A DNA stretch of 64,000 nucleotides from Planctomycetaceae bacterium (GTDB lineage Bacteria; Planctomycetota; Planctomycetia; Pirellulales; PALSA-1355), in contig PLYM01000194.1 of NCBI GenBank assembly GCA_003153375.1, forward strand, positions 20,879-84,878. The letters run 5' to 3'. The notes beneath the pieces were generated by a model that saw nothing but the letters and a program-made list of their open reading frames with translations, was not told where the DNA came from and searched no databases. The stretch's first letter is position 1. Each line of letters begins with the position of its first letter. Shown one piece after another: positions 59,889 to 64,000 of this stretch. The position numbers and the translations under genes are program-made.

Positions 59889-60169
59889 TCGTTGCTTCCA
59901 TGCTAGTTCGAGTTTGCAGCCCACTCCGATCATCCGTGGAGGGGCCAGGTCCCATGACGCGGGCGAGATTATATCGGCTTGGGTTTTAGTTGCCCAGGCA
60001 GACACGACGATATCCGAGCAAGGACTAAATATCGATGGCTCAACGTGTTAAATCACGTCAACGGTCACCGGGTGGGGGCTGTAGACCAGGAGGGCAAGTG
60101 GGCGAAAGCACGCTCAATGCCCAGTCTGGGTGGCCGCCTCTTGCCTGCAAGCACAAAAGGGAAGCCAGT

Positions 60170-60997
60170 ATGTCGCGCAGTGAATCGTCGTCTGCTCCAT
60201 CGTTGGAGGAACAGGTTACCATCTTGAAGGAGCAACTGGCCCAGGCTCAAAAGCTGACCGCTCTTGGCGACCTGGTCAGCACGACGACGCACGAATTCAA
60301 CAATGTGCTGACGACAATCATCAATTACGCCAAGATGGGACAGCGCCACGGCGACCGGGCGACCCGCGACAAAGCGTTCGAGAAAATCCTCGCGGCCGGA
60401 CTGCGTGCGGCTAGGATCACCAACGGCATTCTCGGCTTCGCTCGCAATCGACCGCAGGGCTTCGAACCGGCCGACCTGGTCAAGCTGATCGACGACTCGC
60501 TGCTGCTGCTCGAGCGCGAGATGACCAAGTATCGGGTCGCGGTCGAGACACAGTATCAACCGGTGCCGCTGGCAATGATCAACACCAACCAGATCCAGCA
60601 AGTGCTGATGAACTTGCTGGTCAACGCGCGGCAGGCGATGAGTGCCGGCGGGCAAATCGTGATTCGTCTCAGCCACGATCCGGTGCACAACACCGTCGAC
60701 CTGATGGTGCGCGACACCGGCGCGGGCATTCCGGCCGACAAGCTGCCGAAAATCTTCGACCGCTTCTACACCACTAAGAGCGGCCCGGACGCCAGCGGCA
60801 AGGGCGGCACCGGCTTGGGCCTGTCGTTCTGTCGCGACGTGATTGAAGCACATCAAGGCCGCATTCGCGTCGAGAGCACGGTCGGCAAAGGCACCGCCTT
60901 CACGCTCAAGTTGCCGGCCGTCAAGCAGCCCGAGCCGAACGTGGTGCCGCTCTCGCCGATTGTTTCCGAGGCACCGCAAAGCCACATCGCCGGCTGA
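60170..60997 (+). CDS. cytoplasmic histidine kinase (no sensor or TM region)
   Basis: Coiled-coil, then H-box 'TTTHEFNNVLTTI', N-box 'NLLVNARQA', 'DTGAGI' and 'GTGLGLS'. Confidence 0.85.
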   Translation: MSRSESSSAPSLEEQVTILKEQLAQAQKLTALGDLVSTTTHEFNNVLTTIINYAKMGQRHGDRATRDKAFEKILAAGLRAARITNGILGFARNRPQGFEPADLVKLIDDSLLLLEREMTKYRVAVETQYQPVPLAMINTNQIQQVLMNLLVNARQAMSAGGQIVIRLSHDPVHNTVDLMVRDTGAGIPADKLPKIFDRFYTTKSGPDASGKGGTGLGLSFCRDVIEAHQGRIRVESTVGKGTAFTLKLPAVKQPEPNVVPLSPIVSEAPQSHIAG

Positions 60998-61196
60998 CCG
61001 CGGTCGTCACCCCGTGAGCCGAGCGAAGCGAGAGATCAGGGCTTGCGCTGCTCCCCGCAAGTTTGACAGATCTCTTCCTTGATTGTATAAAACCCGCGCC
61101 CCATATCGTGGGTTTTCACGTCCGACTGCGGATCGTTTGCCAAGGACGGCTGATTCTGGCGGAGCTTTTTGGCATTCACCCGAGGAGGACACTTCC

Positions 61197-62624
61197 ATGC
61201 GCGCGGGAGCATCCCAATCCCGCATTCAGGCCCCGGTCAAACGTCACGTTTCCAACCAGCGTAAGCGGCGCCTTGGAGCCGAGCGACTCGAAGACCGGCA
61301 GTTGTTGGCAGGTGACGTCTCGGCCAGCGTGGTGCGTGGAACCCTGAACATCACCGGCGACAACGCAGACAACTTTGTCGAAGTGTTCGCAACCGGCACG
61401 CCCGGTCAGTTCGTCGTCGAAGGCTTCACCGACAACCACGGTGTGAACACGACGATCAACCACTCGACCAATCCGCAGACGTTCAGCGGCGTGACGAACA
61501 TCAACGTGAGCCTCAAGCGAGGCGACGACTTCTTCGGCTTCGAAAATGGCACCGTTGCCGGCAACATGACGATTGACATGGGCGAAGGAAACAATGAAGT
61601 CAACGTCGGCATACCGAAGCTCGTCAGCGTCACGGCGAGCACCGCGACCGTCAAGCCACTGCTCGTTACCAGTGTCCTTTCGTCGGCCACGATCAATGGC
61701 TCGCTGTGCATCAACCTGGGTTCGGGCAACGGCTGGCTGATCGAGGGCTCGACCCACGTCAAGGGTTCCGAAAGCGTCAGCGCCTGCGATGGCAACGACA
61801 AGATCGAATTCATTGACACCGGCGGCGTACAGGGCGGCAACACGATCGGCAACGGAGTGACGGTCGACCACGATTTGACCGTGAATCTGGGCGGCGGGTC
61901 GAACTATCTCGATGCCTACGACCTGGCCGTCTGTGGTTGTTTCCAAGTCAACGGCAGCGGCGAGAACGACATCGACCTGGCCGTGCTGAACGTGGCCAAA
62001 GACGCGGTGTTCAATCTCTGCGGCCGCGGCAACCAAACGTTCTCGCTTGAGCCGGAGCCGACCTTGGGCACGATCCTGGGCGCTCAGCAAAATCACATTG
62101 GCGGCGATCTGGTCGTCAACACCGGCTGTGGCAACGACGACATTACCGAGTCCTCCTTGTTCGTCGGCGGCTCGAACAAGATCAACACTGACGGAGGAAA
62201 CGATGATGTGACGATTGGTGAGCCGCCTGCAGCTGGTCCGGAGGAAATCAACTACCAAGTCACCGTGGGCAAAGATCTGATTATCAACCTCGGATGCGGC
62301 ACGGACTCGGCCACGTTGGACTACGTTCGAGTAAGCCGAAATCTCAACATCACCCAGGGATTGGGCAACTCGACGATTAGTTTGACCGACGTCTACCAGG
62401 CCCAATCGCTCAAAATCCTGACCGATGGCGGGCAGGATCATGTGTCGCTCAATGCAACCGCGTTCGGCACCGCCCTGATCGATCTCGGCTCTGGCAACGA
62501 CTCGCTAAGCGTGACGAACACCACGATCACCACGAGCACGTTCGAAGGCGGCACGGGCGTCAACACCTACACCGACGGAGGCGCGAACTCATTGCTTAAT
62601 CTGACCAAGCGCCATTTCACCTGA
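61197..62624 (+). CDS. secreted repeat (solenoid-like) protein with N-terminal 'LEDRQLLA' motif
   Basis: GAGGAGGA sits upstream of the ATG. There are about 15 units of 'G.GN(D)x(I/V)' (GDNADNF, GEGNNEV, GSGENDI, GCGNDDI, DGGNDDV, GSGNDSL...). Confidence 0.7.
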   Translation: MRAGASQSRIQAPVKRHVSNQRKRRLGAERLEDRQLLAGDVSASVVRGTLNITGDNADNFVEVFATGTPGQFVVEGFTDNHGVNTTINHSTNPQTFSGVTNINVSLKRGDDFFGFENGTVAGNMTIDMGEGNNEVNVGIPKLVSVTASTATVKPLLVTSVLSSATINGSLCINLGSGNGWLIEGSTHVKGSESVSACDGNDKIEFIDTGGVQGGNTIGNGVTVDHDLTVNLGGGSNYLDAYDLAVCGCFQVNGSGENDIDLAVLNVAKDAVFNLCGRGNQTFSLEPEPTLGTILGAQQNHIGGDLVVNTGCGNDDITESSLFVGGSNKINTDGGNDDVTIGEPPAAGPEEINYQVTVGKDLIINLGCGTDSATLDYVRVSRNLNITQGLGNSTISLTDVYQAQSLKILTDGGQDHVSLNATAFGTALIDLGSGNDSLSVTNTTITTSTFEGGTGVNTYTDGGANSLLNLTKRHFT

Positions 62625-62678
62625 CGTTGTCAATCATTGGAAAATGCTCAGGTGCTTTGGTAATTGGGCACCGCGAGC

Positions 62679-63362
62679 TTAGTACGGCTGCGGGGGTCCG
62701 TAGCCCGATAGCCGTTCCTGAATATGTGACAGGATGACCTGCTCCAAGGCCGTATCGCGGCCCAGGCGGATCCAGCCAATCGTGGGCTGCGCGCCGCCAA
62801 CCGGGTTGGTCACGCGCTGCAGCGAGTTGTCGTTGCGCAAGGCTTGTGGATTCGCGAGGCTGACCGCTCCTGTCTCGGGGCTGGGCACGTCCTCCAATTC
62901 CTTGAACACCTGCACGTCAACCAGGAACCCGGCTTCGTTCGGAATCACGCGCACTTGAGCGATGCGTCGGATCGACTGCAACGTGCTTTCGAGCCGTTCG
63001 TACGAATTCACCGAGTCCTTGTTCCACGGCTCGAAGATCGTGGATCCGCCGCGAGGGTAAGTGTCCAGTACGCCTTCGGTCAACAGATCGCCCACCAGCC
63101 GCACTCGTTCTTCCTTGTAGATGCGGAAATAATCGTCGACCACGTCGACCACCTGATCCCAGACATAGTCGCGATCGACGTTCGTGATCTGCACTGGGTT
63201 CGGCATCTGCGGCGCCGGACCAAAGGCGACCTCCGGCGGTACATAGCTCGCCGGTGTCCAGGCACGGCAGCCATCCAGCATCAGCACGGCCAGCGCAATG
63301 AAGCACCACGTGGCAAAATATCGGCGCACAGATACGGCCCGATCGCGGTGCATAGAAACCAT
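62679..63362 (-). CDS. lipoprotein, hypothetical
   Basis: MVSMHRDRAVSVRRYFATWCFIALAVLMLDGC has a lipobox-like end. Confidence 0.55.
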   Translation of the reverse strand: MVSMHRDRAVSVRRYFATWCFIALAVLMLDGCRAWTPASYVPPEVAFGPAPQMPNPVQITNVDRDYVWDQVVDVVDDYFRIYKEERVRLVGDLLTEGVLDTYPRGGSTIFEPWNKDSVNSYERLESTLQSIRRIAQVRVIPNEAGFLVDVQVFKELEDVPSPETGAVSLANPQALRNDNSLQRVTNPVGGAQPTIGWIRLGRDTALEQVILSHIQERLSGYGPPQPY

Positions 63363-63525
63363 GCGAGATGAACGGTCGCAAGAAATGGGGCGGTAGTCTG
63401 ACGCAAAGCCGAATGCCCGACAAGAGCACCCCTCTCTATCGTCGGCACGCGGAGCCCTGCGTCCGCACCGTCTGCTAGCACCCATGGGTGGCGAATCGGC
63501 GACGCATTCCCCGCAGCTTCAGCGA

Positions 63526-64000
63526 TCAGCCTTTCTTGCCGCAGGCCTCGGCAATGGCGCACCCACTGACGCAGGTCTTGCAGCCGCTGGCGGCCTCGGT
63601 GCCGCAGGCGGGACCGCAACCGGTCTCAACGGCGTCGGTGAAGCGACGAAACTGGACATGGGTCTCATAGAGCTCCGCCAGTTCGGCCGTGATTGCCTCC
63701 AATTCGGCCGTCATCTCGCCCAGGAAATAAAACAGCAGCGTCTGGCCGTCGAACAGATGCTCCACGTCCATCAGCACCGCCGGCGACCCGGCCGTGACCA
63801 GTCTCGTCGCGCAGGCTTCATAGGCGGCCTGGCGATTCTGCTCCAACCGTGCGGCCAGCAGTTGGTCTTCGGCGGTCAGCCCGCGCAAGATCGAGCCGTC
63901 GGCGCGCTCGTTGTCGGCGGAATCCCCAGGCGGGGCCAGTACTTCGCCCAGTTCCAGGCCGCGACCCGTTCGCACCACGACCCGCGCGTGGCGGGGATAA
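63526..64000 (-). CDS. PSP1-like domain protein with Cys-rich C-terminal tail; 5' end outside the window
   Basis: 'VEHLFDGQTLLFYFLGEMTAELEAITAELAELYETHVQFRR' resembles the PSP1 C-terminal domain. The tail reads 'CGPACGTEAASGCKTCVSGCAIAEACG'. The frame stays open to nt 64000. Confidence 0.55.
   Translation of the reverse strand, partial: YPRHARVVVRTGRGLELGEVLAPPGDSADNERADGSILRGLTAEDQLLAARLEQNRQAAYEACATRLVTAGSPAVLMDVEHLFDGQTLLFYFLGEMTAELEAITAELAELYETHVQFRRFTDAVETGCGPACGTEAASGCKTCVSGCAIAEACGKKG

Overview
High-GC bacterial chromosome segment. It is most likely Planctomycetota, Pirellulales-like. That inference rests on DUF1501, DUF1570 and DUF3500-type proteins, PEP-CTERM anchors, an N-terminal LEDRxLLA motif, futalosine-route menaquinone genes and very GC-rich palindromic intergenic repeats. 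All calls come from reading the supplied ORF translations and the DNA by eye; no searches were run.

Most of the window is housekeeping:
- Nitrogen and cofactor genes: glnD-glnB-pduO-type adenosyltransferase, nadD.
- Amino-acid and translation genes: leuCD, glyQS.
- Menaquinone genes: ubiD/ubiE/ubiX/ubiA-like late steps plus an mqnE-like radical SAM gene.
- DNA and envelope genes: recG, rnhA, priA, murJ.
- Two histidine kinases.

The non-ordinary part is about 37.9-49.2 kb:
- A 6.4-kb block holds a beta-helix protein, a secreted beta-lactamase-family hydrolase, an ECF sigma factor and a multi-TM protein with a beta-lactamase-like domain.
- That block is bounded by a ~276-bp inverted repeat. 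The repeat has grafted the beta-helix protein's C-terminus onto the membrane hydrolase.
- The block is also flanked by a diverged direct repeat.
- Next comes a decay zone: a truncated sulfatase, an IS110-type transposase remnant with a duplicated ~110-bp sequence, an orphan PEP-CTERM fragment, and a sigma-like gene followed by an unannotated 46-aa membrane micropeptide.

Several families of palindromic intergenic repeats recur across the window. One pair brackets leuCD in inverted orientation.

I cannot name a complete new system with confidence. The best candidates for follow-up are the ECF sigma / membrane beta-lactamase-like module and the sigma-like / micropeptide pair.
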